A program made the translations under genes and the position numbers. Under the pieces are notes generated by a model. The model searched no databases. It was not told where the DNA came from and was given only the letters and a program-made list of their open reading frames with translations. Below are positions 13,081 to 25,639 of a DNA stretch of 64,000 nt, in pieces; the stretch's first letter is position 1; each line of letters begins with the position of its first letter. This DNA is from Vicugna vicugna. Its lineage: Eukaryota. The stretch is from NCBI GenBank assembly GCA_013265495.1, contig MU058337.1:4210880-4274879 (forward strand), given 5' to 3'.

Positions 13081-13927
13081 CTGCTGAAAAGTCATCTGAG
13101 GGCATCCACTGGCTCCACTTCATTCCGCCTGAGCTGTTTCAAGATCACTGCAGAGCTTTAAATTAATCAATCTAACTTTTGTTCACTATTCCTTGCAAAG
13201 AAAAATGTTAAGTCTTTGCTGGGTGTGTACATACATTTATACACACTCACTGCGTGATCTATGAAAAGGCGTTCACAATGCAGGTGCACCTCCCATTTGT
13301 GCTCTGGAGGCCAATAAAGACAATATTCACTAAACTAGATTGCTCTGAATTAGCTAGAATAAACTCAAATTCAGGATTTTGTCTTGCAGGGCTCAGAGTG
13401 GAAAATGGACACAGGGTAGTACTTGAAAAGATCACGAGTTTTGGTGCCATAGAAACAGAGGCTCCCAACCGACAGGTGCGTGATCTCAGAGAAGCCGCTT
13501 TCTCTCACTGAGCCTCAGTTTCTTCGTGTGTAAAATGGACTAATACCTCTAGGGTATTAGAGGCATTCAGTGAGAAACTCTGTGAAATATCTAAAACAGA
13601 GCCAAAAGCAGTGAGTATTCCATAAAAGGAGTTATTTCAGCAAGATTATTAGAAGCTACAATTTTTCCAGCCCAGAAAGGGCTCCATCTCCTTTCCCAGC
13701 TACAAGTTATTTCTCCAGGAAGCCCCTACTGACTGTGGAGCAAGTTCCCTGCTATCAGCACACTTGACACTGCTCTGGAAACGTGTCTACTTCCCTCACC
13801 ATGCATTGACTTCGCTGCCTCTGCCCATTGACGTGGAATCTTGAAGCCTCCAGGAGGACTGGCCCATCTCCCTCACCCGCTGCATGTCTACAGCCCCTGC
13901 TTGGCAGACTGCGATTTCAATAAGCAC

Positions 13928-13962
13928 TGAATGAATGAATGAATGAATGAATGAATGAATGA
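13928..13962. repeat. (TGAA)8 microsatellite, probably expanded from an L2 tail
   Basis: Perfect tetranucleotide run following 'tcaataagcac', which resembles an L2 3' end. Confidence 0.85.
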
Positions 13963-15965
13963 TGACAGCCATTAGATGACTTCCCAGAGAAGCAAAAATA
14001 AAATATCAGGAAAGTAAAAAGGTAGCTGCATTAGTTATTTTGCATTTATTATAGCTGCCTTTAAGCCTCTTTGAATTACTTCCCAAAAAATATGAAATCT
14101 GTTCCCAGTAGCTCCAGCACTTTGTGCCCCTCACCCCAAGAATGCTGCACATCCTTATTATATATTATATTCATTAGAATAATTGTATAACTAGTCTAAT
14201 TATAATCTTATAATTATTTCTCAATTCCTCTTCTGACTTCATGATTATAAAATATGTTTATCATGTTTGACACCCTTCTAATTCTTAAAGTGACCATGTA
14301 TTAATCCCAGAGATCCTAAGGAAAAAGGAAATCCTTGGTAGAAAAGTGTTAATAATTTGCTAGCTGCACACTGTACTTTTACCTCTGAACACCAGGTAGG
14401 TAAAGAACATTACTCATGTTTTTTAATCTAAGAATTTCTTACATTTTTATGGCCTGCTCCTTGGGCTTATTTATGATGGTTTGGGACAAAGAGACAACCT
14501 TTGTCATTATGATTTATACTCTTCCAACAAAGGAAACACAGAAAGAGATAAACCCAAATTAAATCATGGCAGTAGATAAGAAAACCCAAATTAAATCATG
14601 ACACCAAAAAAAAAAAAATCCAGTGAAGGTAAGTAATGCGCTGACTGATTATTTAAAATCAAAACAAAGAGGAGTATAGACAAGCACTATGGACAATGAA
14701 AAGATGGACATTTTCAAAACCTAAGCTACAAAATCTCGCACTTATACCAAATAAAAAACTTTCAGATGCCTTGCATCCATCCTATATTTGCAGCATTCTG
14801 AAATAATGCCCAGCCATTAGAATATTTTATATACCTTATTTTAATCCTACCTAGCTTGTGCTTTTGTTTAGAAAATGAAACTAAACTTGGTATGGTAAAG
14901 TGTTAGTGACTGGCGGCAGACAGCCAATATTTTCCTATCTTTTTTTCTACTAATGCCATGTATCAAAAAATTACCTGGACATCTGTTTTCATTTTTAGTG
15001 ATGCTTTTAAATTTCTTGATGGTTGAGTGCCAATTCTAAAACTTGATTGGATTTCAAGGAAATACAATTGCCTTAGAAACAAAGAAATTGAGAGAATTGA
15101 GAGGGAAAACTCTTGCCTTCAAGCTTCCCAATGTAAACACTGTTGATGACAGACGCCAAAGGTTGCTTCAGTAGAGCAGGCGGTCAATGGTGCATGTCCA
15201 GCCATCTAAATATGACACAGCTCACTCAACCCAACCCAACATGAATGGCCAGCCCAGGAACTCTGAATAAAAGGAGTTAATATGACCACAGGACTAACAG
15301 ACGCTAACTAAAGCCACCTAAGACACAACTGTCCCATTACTATGACCACACAATCACACAGAACATTGTCTTCGATTATATGTAGAACTGGAAGCAGAGG
15401 AAATACTGAAATTGGACTTGCAGGCAATTAGTCTAGCCTTAATTTCACATCACAAACTCAAAACTGTCAAAAAACCCTGGATGTGAAAGTCATTTGTGAA
15501 CTATTTCCAGGCTCCGTAAAGAAGGCATAAAGAATTAGGTCCACACACAAACACACTTGCAAATATTTATGACTTTTTTTAATTTGGCTCTGCCTGTACC
15601 CCCTACATTTTGTGAAAGTAGTTACCTGCTGCATCCCCAAATTTGTTTATCATTACCTTATAGTTTGGTGGGGAAAACGCACATATTTGACGATTTTTTT
15701 ACTTCCTCCACATGCAGATTTCCACGAAAATTAAGTTGAAGTGCAGTTGAAAGAAGGGGCACAGTGTAGTTAGTTTTCTTCTAAACTTATCAGGAAGCTT
15801 ACTTATCTGACTTACTTAAGGTTCACTTTGATTCTTTTATTTCTAGAACCCAAGGTCCCCAGCTTGTTTTCAAAATTAGTACATGTAAATCTTTTCTTGC
15901 ATCAAAATCCTACCCAATGGACATGTTTTACTTCCAAAGTTCATTCAGAAATTATTTATCTGGGA

Positions 15966-16230
15966 ATACAGACTTGTGGTTACCAGTGGGGTGGAGGGTG
16001 GGAAGGGATAGACTGGGATTTCAAAATTGTAGAATAGATAAACAAGATTACACTGTATAGCACAGGGAAATATACACAAAATGTTATGATACATCACAGA
16101 GAAAAAAATGTGACAATGAGTGTGTATATGTCCATGAATGACTGAAAAATTGTGCTGAACACTGGAATTTGACACAACATTGTAAAATGATTATAAATCA
16201 ATAAAAAATGTTAGAAAAAAAGAAAAAGAA
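15966..16230 (+). mobile_element. 5'-truncated young LINE-1 3' end
   Basis: L1 3'UTR motifs (ctgtatagcacaggga, gacacaacattgtaaa, AATAAA, A tail) and a perfect 19-bp TSD agaaattatttatctggga. Confidence 0.88.
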
Positions 16231-16245
16231 AGAAATTATTTATCT

Positions 16246-16400
16246 GGGAGGAAGGTATAGCTCAGTGATAGAGCGTTTGCTTAGCATGCATGAGAGCCTT
16301 GGTTCAATCCCCAGTACCTTCACTAAAATAAACAAATAAATAAACCTAATTACCTCCCCCCAGAACAAAAACAAACAATAAGAAAAATATTTTTTAAAAA
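16246..16400 (+). mobile_element. tRNA(Ala)-derived SINE (camelid vic-1-like)
   Basis: A box TAGCTCAGTGA, B box GGTTCAATCC, TTAGCATGCATG core, 'aaacctaattacctcccc' tail, A-rich end. Confidence 0.9.
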
Positions 16401-16799
16401 AATAACATGTAAACGCTAATGGTTACACACATGTAACACGTAAATTTTAAGCTGCAGAGTATCTCCAGCAAGTTGATATGTCTGCTGTGAAGCAAGATCT
16501 ATTCTGTGATAACTGCTATTAAAATCTTAACAGTCAGTATGTTTATTCTATTAGAAACCCAGAAAGTTACTGCAAGAATTGGACCAAGGGTTTCAGTAGC
16601 AAGTTTAACTTGTCAAAAATATAAAAAGAAAGAAAGAAAAAATAAAAAGAAGGAGTAAAGGCAAAGCTCACAGTAAACTTCCCTGGATTAAAGTTACAAA
16701 TCAGTTCCTAGCTATAAAAGAAAAGAAAAAGTCGACTCAAATTACATCTTTGGAATTACATTATTGTAAAATTGCATCTAGAAAAGTGCGGAGAAAATA

Positions 16800-17900
16800 C
16801 AGCAAAGAGATGAAAGTAGACGAGCACACAGAGCGGAGCGGAGCAGGAGCGCGCACAGGGTGTGTGGGTGGGTGTTAAACTTTGCAAGCGAGCGCTACAA
16901 ACAGAATAGAACAATGGGTATTGAACGCGGCATTTGACAGATCGACACTTCGACAAAGAGGAACTGGTAAGAACCATATGGTTGGTTCCGTCCTAACACA
17001 GTCTTTGAAAGAAGGACACTATCTATTCTACCTAAAAATGGGTTAGTAGTGATATTGAAACATTTCTGAGCAGAGGAGCCTTTTTTTTTCCCCTTAGTAT
17101 CCCCGGATTTGTGCTGTTGCACCTAAAACACTCCTAGAAGCCCCTGGGGCGGCGTCTAGGAAACTTGAAACTCTAGTGACCAGGTCAAGACCCACTGAGG
17201 GAGTGAACTCTGTCAAAGATCCTAATGCAATCTGGGGAAGGTGGGCAGAACCTGGACAAGGCTCCGAGCTACAGCCCGTCTGATGTCAGCGCTGGCCAGC
17301 CGGCCCCGGGGCTCAGTCCTCCTTCCTTTTACTGTCCTGTCCGCGCTCCCCTTGCTCCCTGCCTGAGGCTTACAAACCAGGCTGCCGACGGCCCGCAGGG
17401 TCAGCCCTCCTCACGCTCACAGCCAGCACGGCGAGCAGGTCGGTTGGGTCTGGCCTCCAGACTTGCCTAGAAGCAACCACTTCCCGCCGCGGCTGCAGGC
17501 CGCCATCCTCTCGTGCCCGGACGGCTGCTGCCGCCTGACCGCAGCCTCGCAGCGGGTCCCCCGGCCCTCCGCAGCGGTGCCCACGGGACAGCACCCGGAG
17601 AGCGCCTCGCACGGGGCGCTGGCGGTTCACTCCCCGGCTCCAGACCGCGCAGCGAGGAAGCGCCTGGAGGGTGCTGCGCACGCGGCGGGCGCTGCCTCGA
17701 TCCCCTCGCGATGACTCACTACCGCGCCCTGGAAGTGCTGCTGGCAGACGGCCCCGGCTGTCGGCGTCTTCAGGGATTGCCTCTCCCAGCATGCATCACC
17801 TCACCCAAGGTCACAGCCACCGGGCAGCCCACGTCCAGAGACTGAGCGACAAGGGCCATCAAGGCTCAGACAGCTCGCCCCGCCCTGGGCGACTCTGACA
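16800..17900. promoter_or_regulatory. Second CpG-rich island, 2-3 kb downstream of the METTL21E stop
   Basis: Dense CpG around 17330-17900; TTCCCGCC (17481-17488), TGCGCACGCG (17675-17684), TGACTCA (17712-17718), SOX-like AACAATGG (about 16910-16917). Confidence 0.6.
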
Positions 17901-18419
17901 GGCACCTGGGTCCAGCCCCTTTCCACAGACCTGATCCCAATGATGTTCCTAAAACTGACCTGCCCACCGAATGCCGTCTCCAGGCCTGCTTCGGGAGAAC
18001 CCAGCCTGCCACAGAGGTCCGATGTGATCCAGCCCCTCTGGACCCCTTATCTCCCCACTGTCCCCAGCTCGCCCTGCTCCGAGCTCACTGGCCTTTGCGG
18101 TTTCTCCCCAGGACCCGTGTGCTCCCGCTTTCAGGGCCTGGCCGGGCTGTTGCTTCTGCCTGGAACACGCTTCCCCAGCCCCCGGCACTGCTTCTTCCCT
18201 CACCTCCTTCCAGCTTCGCTGGAATGTCACCTTCTAAACGAGCCCACCCTGAGAACCCAGTGAAGGCAAGACACCAGAGGAAAAGATTTCAGGAGGACCA
18301 GCTCTCCTCTCTCCCTCATGTATTTGCTTACCCTTCCAGGTTACTGATTTTACTTGGAAGAAATGACTTCACTCATTTAGAGAAGACTTTGTACATTACT
18401 GCTTTAAACACACAAAAGC

Positions 18420-18640
18420 AGAGCAATGGTTAAAAACAAAAACAAAAGCACATGCTCTGGACTCAGACCTGGGCCTGCGGGCCTGTCACTTGGAAGCTGT
18501 GTGGCTTCGGGACAAGGGACTCCACCCCTGGCAGCCTCAGTTTCTTTACCTGTGCAGTGGGGATGATTACATAGACTCCCACAATGGTCATGAGGATTAA
18601 TTGATTTTATGTACGTAACAGGCTGTGGAAACCCTAAAGG
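18420..18640 (+). mobile_element. MIR fragment
   Basis: 'gcctcagtttctttacctgtgcagtggggatgat...tgaggattaa' core. Confidence 0.65.
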
Positions 18641-19422
18641 GGTGTGTGAATACTGGGAGTTATTGGGAGATGACCCCAGGAGCTGCATATACCAAAAAAC
18701 CCCCTGGGGGTACACCCGTATCCTGGCGCGCAGGTCAGGGTACAAGGAAATAATCTTTTCAGCTCCGCTCAGCTCTGAGTGGGCTGGGAACTTCCAGCAA
18801 AGCAGGAAGGACTGGGCTTAGGAGGGGAAGTGCCACCCCAAGGGCACAGAGCTGGCCTTCCGTCACTGAGAACCCTGAAGACTTACCAGCCAACACAGTC
18901 TCCCTACGTGGAACAAAAATCCTAATAGTTTGCTCTCCCTGCATTGACTTTAATTACTTCAGACTCTATTCTAACCTCTAAGGTCCTTGTGAAAAACAAA
19001 ATCACACAGGATTTCGGATATCTAGGTCTATGCGTTCATCAGCAGAGCTTTGAACTTTAAAACCGGCCATATGCTAGTTTTCTGAGATTAGGGGCTGAAA
19101 TCTTTTCATGTGTATTTTCAACCCAATGGCTTTATATCTATTTTTGTTTCTTGTGATGCAGAATAACTGTACTTGGTTTAAAAATAAAAACAACAACTCC
19201 ACCAAAATCCTTACTGTTTTGATGTTTCCTTCCGTCCACTTTTCATTTACTGGGGAGAAGCGTCCTTGCCCACAACCTCACATCTACAAGCGTGATTGAT
19301 TTCAAAGGTTGTGCTGGAGGACTTCCCTGCCAAGCAGAGAGGACAGACCACCGAAAAGCTGGCACGAATGAAACCACAATAATCTCACCCTGACCATCAC
19401 GTTCCATGTCTGCCTTTCCAGG

Positions 19423-19449
19423 TTTATTTGCAGAACCCATTTCTTTATT
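19423..19449 (-). terminator. METTL21E: Two AATAAA polyadenylation signals, candidate METTL21E 3' end
   Basis: tttatt on the + strand at 19423-19428 and 19444-19449, about 400 nt after the stop codon. Confidence 0.5.
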
Positions 19450-19699
19450 TCTGAAGAGAGAATTGCATAAGCTTATGTTTAAAATATTTTAGAGACGTCA
19501 TGATTAAAAAACATCACTCTACAGTTATGCATTAACAGTATCAGTCAAGTGCACCAATTATTAAAATGATGATAATTACAAATGGTGCTCTAGAGAGAGA
19601 CGGAAAGCAGACATTGTCCTAACCAATCAGCACACAGAATGGCTTTGCCGTCCTCCAGATCCATGTGCTGTACCTGGGAAGATCCCTGTCTAGGGTGAT

Positions 19700-19704
<5 letters not shown>

Positions 19705-19742
<38 letters not shown>
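19705..19742. repeat. (GT)19 microsatellite in the METTL21E 3' UTR
   Basis: Perfect dinucleotide run. Confidence 0.95.
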
Positions 19743-19743
<1 letters not shown>

Positions 19744-19844
19744 CCCTTGGGAAAGTCAGTGCTACATCAGATTACCCAGGGTCTTTGTTCAAGTAATAAT
19801 CTACTAGAAATTGCCTTCGCTTTGCCAGTCCTCCTGTGAGAATA

Positions 19845-20248
19845 TCATGCATTCCTCCGATTTTTCCTCACAGCTTTATACAACTTAATATTCAGGCTGG
19901 GGAAACTGGAAATCTCCTCCAGGTCAAACAACTCCTTAAATCTATCTACAAATTTATTCTCCTTCTCCAACCTGAATTTCATGACCCAGAGGATGACAGT
20001 GGTTTCTTTGCACAGATGGTCAAAGGTAATGAGGAGTTCTTCCAGGAAAGGGTGAGCGTAGACAACGTCGGCCGCCAGGATGTAGTCGAAGTTGCTGGAA
20101 GACCTGGGGAAGTTCTTGTCTAAGGCGACGCCCCAGGAGAGCTCCTTAACCTGAGGCAAGTGCTTACATTTCATTTTGGTGTTTCGGGAAATATTATACT
20201 GCAGGTTTCCAAGTAACTCGGGTAAATCTGTGGCAGTCACGTGTGCCC
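19845..20248 (-). CDS. METTL21E: METTL21E last coding exon
   Basis: AHVTATDLPELLGNLQYNISRNTKMKCKHLPQVKELSWG...FDYILAADVVYAHPF...KAVRKNRRNA*. Post-I (TD) and DxxY motifs of the METTL21 seven-beta-strand methyltransferase family; ttccccAG acceptor. Confidence 0.95.
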
Positions 20249-22397
20249 CTGGGGAACAAAGGACAGTAGGAACTCTCGTGGGATAAGGTGAGGCAAGCAG
20301 GTTTCAAGGCACCACGCATTCTGCAATTCTGCACTATCGCCAGCCCCCAGGAAAAGACTGGTCAGTACACACAGGAGGGAAAGCCCTTCAAAGTAGTTGC
20401 TAAGGCAGCTTTATGCCTCCCCTTAAAAAAGCATTAGAGTCCCATGGTACTTTTGCCCTCAGTTGCATTTTTCTGTTCTCCTGGTTTTTTGTCTGTTTTG
20501 TTTTGTTATTGTTGCTGTTGTTATTTTCTATTTATCTACTTAAACAATCAACAGAAAGGGAAATAGAAAATATTTGGAACCCTCATGGGAAAGATCAGGT
20601 GTCACTGTTGAAAGGGGAACAGGCTCTTCCCTAGTCTGAGGCACAGGCACGTGAGACTGGGTGAGTGTCTACACCACAGGGCATCCTACGGTTGCACAGG
20701 GGAGGAGACGTTTCAGTGTCACTACCCTGAGAGCACCATGACGTCCACATTCCTGCCCGTGTTCTCAGCTTGAACCCAGTGTAAGTGTGACTCTTCTCAC
20801 CGAGAGATGTTTAAAAGCGAGCTGCGACACACACAGGGTGCTCCCACAGCCGAAGGCCACAGGTGCAGGACAGAGGCTCAGAGGAAGAAGATGTAAACGA
20901 TTTCCAAGTTAAAGATGAATACAGGCAGTAGGCATTTTTTGGAAATAAATCGGAAACCAATAACCAATAAAACTTGGTCCTTTACTTGAACTTTGAGCAG
21001 CAGTAGAGCCTGAAAACAATGTGGAAATGAATCTAGGGCTGGCTGATTCCGCAGCGTCAGGCAAGAGCAGACTCGGGCGAGGAATGGCGGAGAAGCCCAG
21101 CTCCGCCCAGACCAGTTTAGGACACACTCCTTGCCCATCATGGCAAGTTTCTCTGGCCATGATGGCATTTTCCGGAAAATACTAAAGTGGTGGAGAAATA
21201 TGCGTATCCTTGGCAGAACCACAGAAATATGGATCTCCACATCCTAGGGTGGGTGGGTCTATCATTTTCCACAAATCTTTTTGAAATTCCAAGATAAGGA
21301 ATGACCCCCTGCCCACAGTGAATATAAACTATCTGACTATTAAGATCTTTGTGTCCAGAGAGGTAAACGCCACCACTTTTGGAATATGACTTAGAAAGCT
21401 TCCATCTTTTGATATTTGTGTTGAGTCATACAAGCGGACCAAAAGGATCGATTCGTTTTAATGAAATGAACAACTTCCCAAAACATAAATTCTGCTCCTA
21501 GATCAGGAAGGCTTCAGGTATAAATCCAATAGTGCCTCTGACTCTGTCCATACTAAATGGAACAGTGACCTTTGAAAGCAGTATCAGGTTAGACTAATTT
21601 AAAAACACATATATTTGGGGAGGACTTCTAGGGGCCTGTATTTCTCCAGTGTTTAGAAAGTTGTAAATTGCTAAATGTTGAATTCCTCTCAAGTTTTTAG
21701 AGTGGCAGGTGTACATTTCTGAAGATGGATCTGGGTAGCGCACATCAGAGAAGGCAGCCAAATTGAGGCCGTGAAATAGACGACAACAACAAAGAGAGGC
21801 TGAACTGAAGCAGGCTCAGGCGTACACAGAGACCATCACACATTTAGCTGGAAGAGAAGATGCTGGTGGGAGAACAAGGGATCACAAAAGAAGAACGGAA
21901 ATGAACCGATAAAAATAAATTCAAGGGCAAATGCCTAAACTTAGAAGCGGACGTGATTTCTAACACTCTTCCTCTATTCTAACTGGTGCTTTTTCATAAA
22001 AGCATAGGACATCACAACCCAAGCGGAATATACAGCTACACGGGAACGCTGAAGTGGGGCTGGAGTTTAAACAGGGAGGATCAGAGTCCCAGGGGTCGGT
22101 TCTGCCCGTGCCTAGCACTCCGCAAGCCCTGCAGCGGCCAGGATGCTGGGTGCACCTCCCAGCTAGACGGCACTTGGGACCTACACCCTGTGAGAAGCAT
22201 TAACACAGCTTCCCACAAAACTCTAAAAGAAACCAGTTAGGTGACTTTACAATTGGTAGAGTTTCTTGATGAAGCCCATTCAAACCACTGAGGGCTCAAA
22301 AATAGGCCCAGGGCATAGTACACTGGGTAGTAAAAGCAACCAAAGGTATTGGATCACCAAATTCTCTGACCCTTCCCAATCAGAAATGCCTACTTAC

Positions 22398-22515
22398 CGA
22401 GTAGGCTCGCCACGATGGAGACCAGTCCCGTTCCAGCTCCAATTTCAATCACATTTTTGTCGACCATATTATATTGCTTTACGTTTGTTTCCAGAAAATA
22501 GCATAGAACAAGGGC
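22398..22515 (-). CDS. METTL21E: METTL21E exon with SAM-binding motif I
   Basis: ALVLCYFLETNVKQYNMVDKNVIEIGAGTGLVSIVASLL(G). 118 nt; ttcacAG and GTaagt boundaries. Confidence 0.95.
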
Positions 22516-23271
22516 CTGTGAAAATTCAAAAGAAGAAAAAAGTAGTGCTTGGTAACTGAATACAGAAAGTAAAATTAAAGTCTATTAGATAAACATCCCA
22601 CGAGTGCGTATACAACATATGTATGTTGGCACACGTGAGTACACATGTGCATCCAAACACATCACTTCAGAAAATTATCAGCAGAAGTACATCCTGTGAT
22701 AGGCTCAACATTTAGGATAGAGGGAGTCCTTGGGGATTGCTGGGGAGAAAAGAGAACTACGAATACAGAGTTCAGTTACTTAGGTTTGACTGCCTTCAAA
22801 GAAAGCTACTTCTAATAACGACAGTCACTTTAAAGACGTGTGTGTGTGGAACTGGGGCAGACAGCGGTAGGAAGCGGGTGTCTGCACCCTTCACGGGACA
22901 CTTGACGAAGAAGAGGTGTCAGAGAATTCTGTGTGTTGAGACTAATACAGATTTCAATATAATTGTTTGATTCAAATGGAGGTAGTTATATGGAAAATAA
23001 AAATGTTTACTATTCTAAACTTTTGTGATTCATAATCACAAAAAAACTTAAGGTGTGAACAACATTCTTTATTAACCTTACAAGTCAGAAATAGAATTCA
23101 TTGTGGAAGCATTTTCCTACTTTCGTGAATTCTGAACTTTAGAGTTGTTCGAAGAACACATAAAATGGAACTGTGGAACCTGTTTTCTCCTTCCAAATAG
23201 CATATAATGAATAATGAACAAAACTGGCTGAAAAATAATTGAGATGTAGCAGAATTTGCATGACATTATAC

Positions 23272-23435
23272 CGATGGCCAAACAACAGCACCGTAACAAT
23301 CCATGGCCTCCCTGATCCGGATCTCCTGACCAGCAAAGTGGAATCCCTCCCAGGAGGGGGCTGTTATAGAAGCTGGAACAAAACATCTTGCCATGATCTC
23401 TGCGACCACTTTCTTGTCATCACCTCCTCTGTTCT
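23272..23435 (-). CDS. METTL21E: METTL21E internal exon
   Basis: (E)NRGGDDKKVVAEIMARCFVPASITAPSWEGFHFAGQEIRIREAMDCYGAVVWPS. 164 nt; ctttcAG and GTataa boundaries; contains the METTL21-family G-x-x-V-W motif. Confidence 0.92.
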
Positions 23436-23763
23436 CTGAAAGGAACAGGAAAAGGCAGTGTTTGTGGTTGTGTTAGGAAAACCATGACAGAGGGAAGAAC
23501 TTGGTGGAAAGGCTACATTTCTATTTTTTCTAAGTTAGTTTTGAATAGTCATTGGCTTCAGGTGCAATGTAATCGTAACATAAACTATTTGAAAATAATT
23601 CTTAACAGAAGCTAACATTTCATACATCAGAGCAGCTACATCTTTCTGATGATCCCTGAAGTTGAATTCACTACTAGTCATTTCTGCAATGCCATGTGAA
23701 ACGAGTAATAATTGACACACTTTTTTAAAAGCAATGTATCTTAAAGGCTATCAATCTATTTAC

Positions 23764-23817
23764 CTGCAACAAGAGAAAGACTGGTGACGGAATATAAGAT
23801 TTCGACCGTTCTTCCGG
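23764..23817 (-). CDS. METTL21E: METTL21E candidate 54-nt in-frame (possibly cassette) exon
   Basis: tgtgtAG acceptor, CAG|GTaaat donor, phase 1-1, no stop: (A)GRTVEILYSVTSLSLVA. CpG-rich relative to the AT-rich intron around it. Confidence 0.55.
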
Positions 23818-24029
23818 CTACACAGTAGAATTCCAGTTATTTCAATAATGGAATAGTAAGTAGCATGTCCTTTATGGCCTGCCTTTATCCAGACAAAAGA
23901 CAAATGATACCACCCAATAATATGCCCTTGTGCTATTTTATTATTACTTATTTTTATATTATTACTTGGGGGCGACTTATGGCATCTTACCATCCCCAAT
24001 ATCAAATAAGTTTCATAAGCAACATTAAC

Positions 24030-24490
24030 TACCAATTATGAGCACACACTTCACATGCCAGACCGAGTTAAATACACTATATATATTTCACATTATCTTT
24101 GCAGCAGTTTTGTGAGGCAGGCATTATTATTTTCACTTTTACAGATAACAAAACCAAGACTCAGAGAGCTTTACTAACTTGACCAAGCTCATGTAACTTG
24201 TAAATGAAGGAACCTAAATGTGAGCCCCTTTTCTTGTTCCAAAGCCCCCTCTCTGCACTATAAAAAAGCAATGATGTCATTTTTAAAAACCAATTGTCTC
24301 TACGAATTTACAAACTAGTTATAGAGCAAGAACGCATCTCTCTCGAAGCCTCCGTTTCCCTGTTTGTAAAATGTGAAAGGCAGAAGAACCTGCGTCAGAG
24401 AGTGTTGGGAGATTTACACGAGGTGATGTGTGTAAAGTGCTTAGCACTGTGTTACACAGAGTTCAATAAATTATTATTGTTGTCATTGTA
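24030..24490. mobile_element. Two MIR fragments in opposite orientations
   Basis: 'ttttacagataacaaaaccaagactcagagag' and 'gcctccgtttccctgtttgtaaaat...gtaaagtgcttagcac'. Confidence 0.7.
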
Positions 24491-24589
24491 ACTGTTATTG
24501 TATTGTGGTCATGAAACTAAATGATAAAACAAGACACCATATAATCAAAAGTATTGGATTGTGTGGCATTTGACTGAAAATCTTATAGT

Positions 24590-24995
24590 CACTCGTAGAA
24601 GCAGTGAGTACACCAGGGCAGGGGCGGGGGGAACGGGGAGATGTCGGTCAAAGGGCACAAAGTTTCAGTTACACAAGATGAGTAAGTTCTGGGGGTCTGA
24701 TGTGCGGCACGCTGACTATGGTTAACAATAATGTGTAGTACCCTCAAAATTTGCTAAGAGAATAGATCTTCAGTGTTCTCTCAAAAAAAAAAAATTAAAG
24801 AAAGAAAATGGTAGTATAGCACAGGGAATTATATTCAATATCTTGTAGTAACTTATGGTGAAAAGGAATATAAAAATGAATATATGTATGTTCCTATATG
24901 ACTGAAGTATTGTGCTGTACACCAGAAATTGACACATTGCAAACTGACTATACTTCAATAAAAACATACTAAAAATAAAAAATAAAAAATAAGCC
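24590..24995 (+). mobile_element. Old L1MA-type 3' end followed by a younger L1 3' end (from about 24813)
   Basis: 'ggtcaaagggcacaaagtttcagtt...aaatttgctaagagaatagatctt' followed by 'gtatagcacagggaa...actgactatacttcaataaaaa'. Confidence 0.75.
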
Positions 24996-25639
24996 TTCCC
25001 TGAAATGACAAGAGAAAAAAAAAAGAGCTATGTGATGTGGGCTGCATGCATCTATGCATGGATATGACAAGGGAGAATAAATTGTAGATTATAGACATCA
25101 CTGTGAACTAAGAAAGAAAAATGATTTCTCTAAAACGGGCTGGAGCTTAAAGATGAAGAGGCATCTCTGAACAGCCCCAGCTGGGCAACGACCCAGGAAA
25201 TAGATGGCATTGTGTATTAGGACACTCTGGCACCCTTGCCCATGTCCTCCTCATTTTCTAGCCCCCTTGCTAGCTTCTCCTTGCAAGAGAGAAGAAGCCG
25301 TCATCTGATTAGCAGCCTACCGTGTGGACTGGGCCGTGGTGTTTCCTAGTGGGAGGGGAGCTGTGCCTTACAAGCTCAGCCCTTGTGTCCCAATGCCTCT
25401 TCCCACCACGTTCATGGGGTTGGCTGAGCTGGGAAAGTCCTGCCTCAGTGAGAACTTAGCCAATAAGAGCATCTAGGGCTGCAGCCCTTTATCTCTAGGT
25501 AGAACAGGATCACTGCTGACATCCAGATCATATCATGTTAAATGTCTGCCACTCTAAACGTGTCTTTCAAAATCTTGTACACACCTCGTGGCTGAAATTA
25601 CGTTCAGCAGTCCCAGCTTCACACTTGCTGGTTTGAAAT

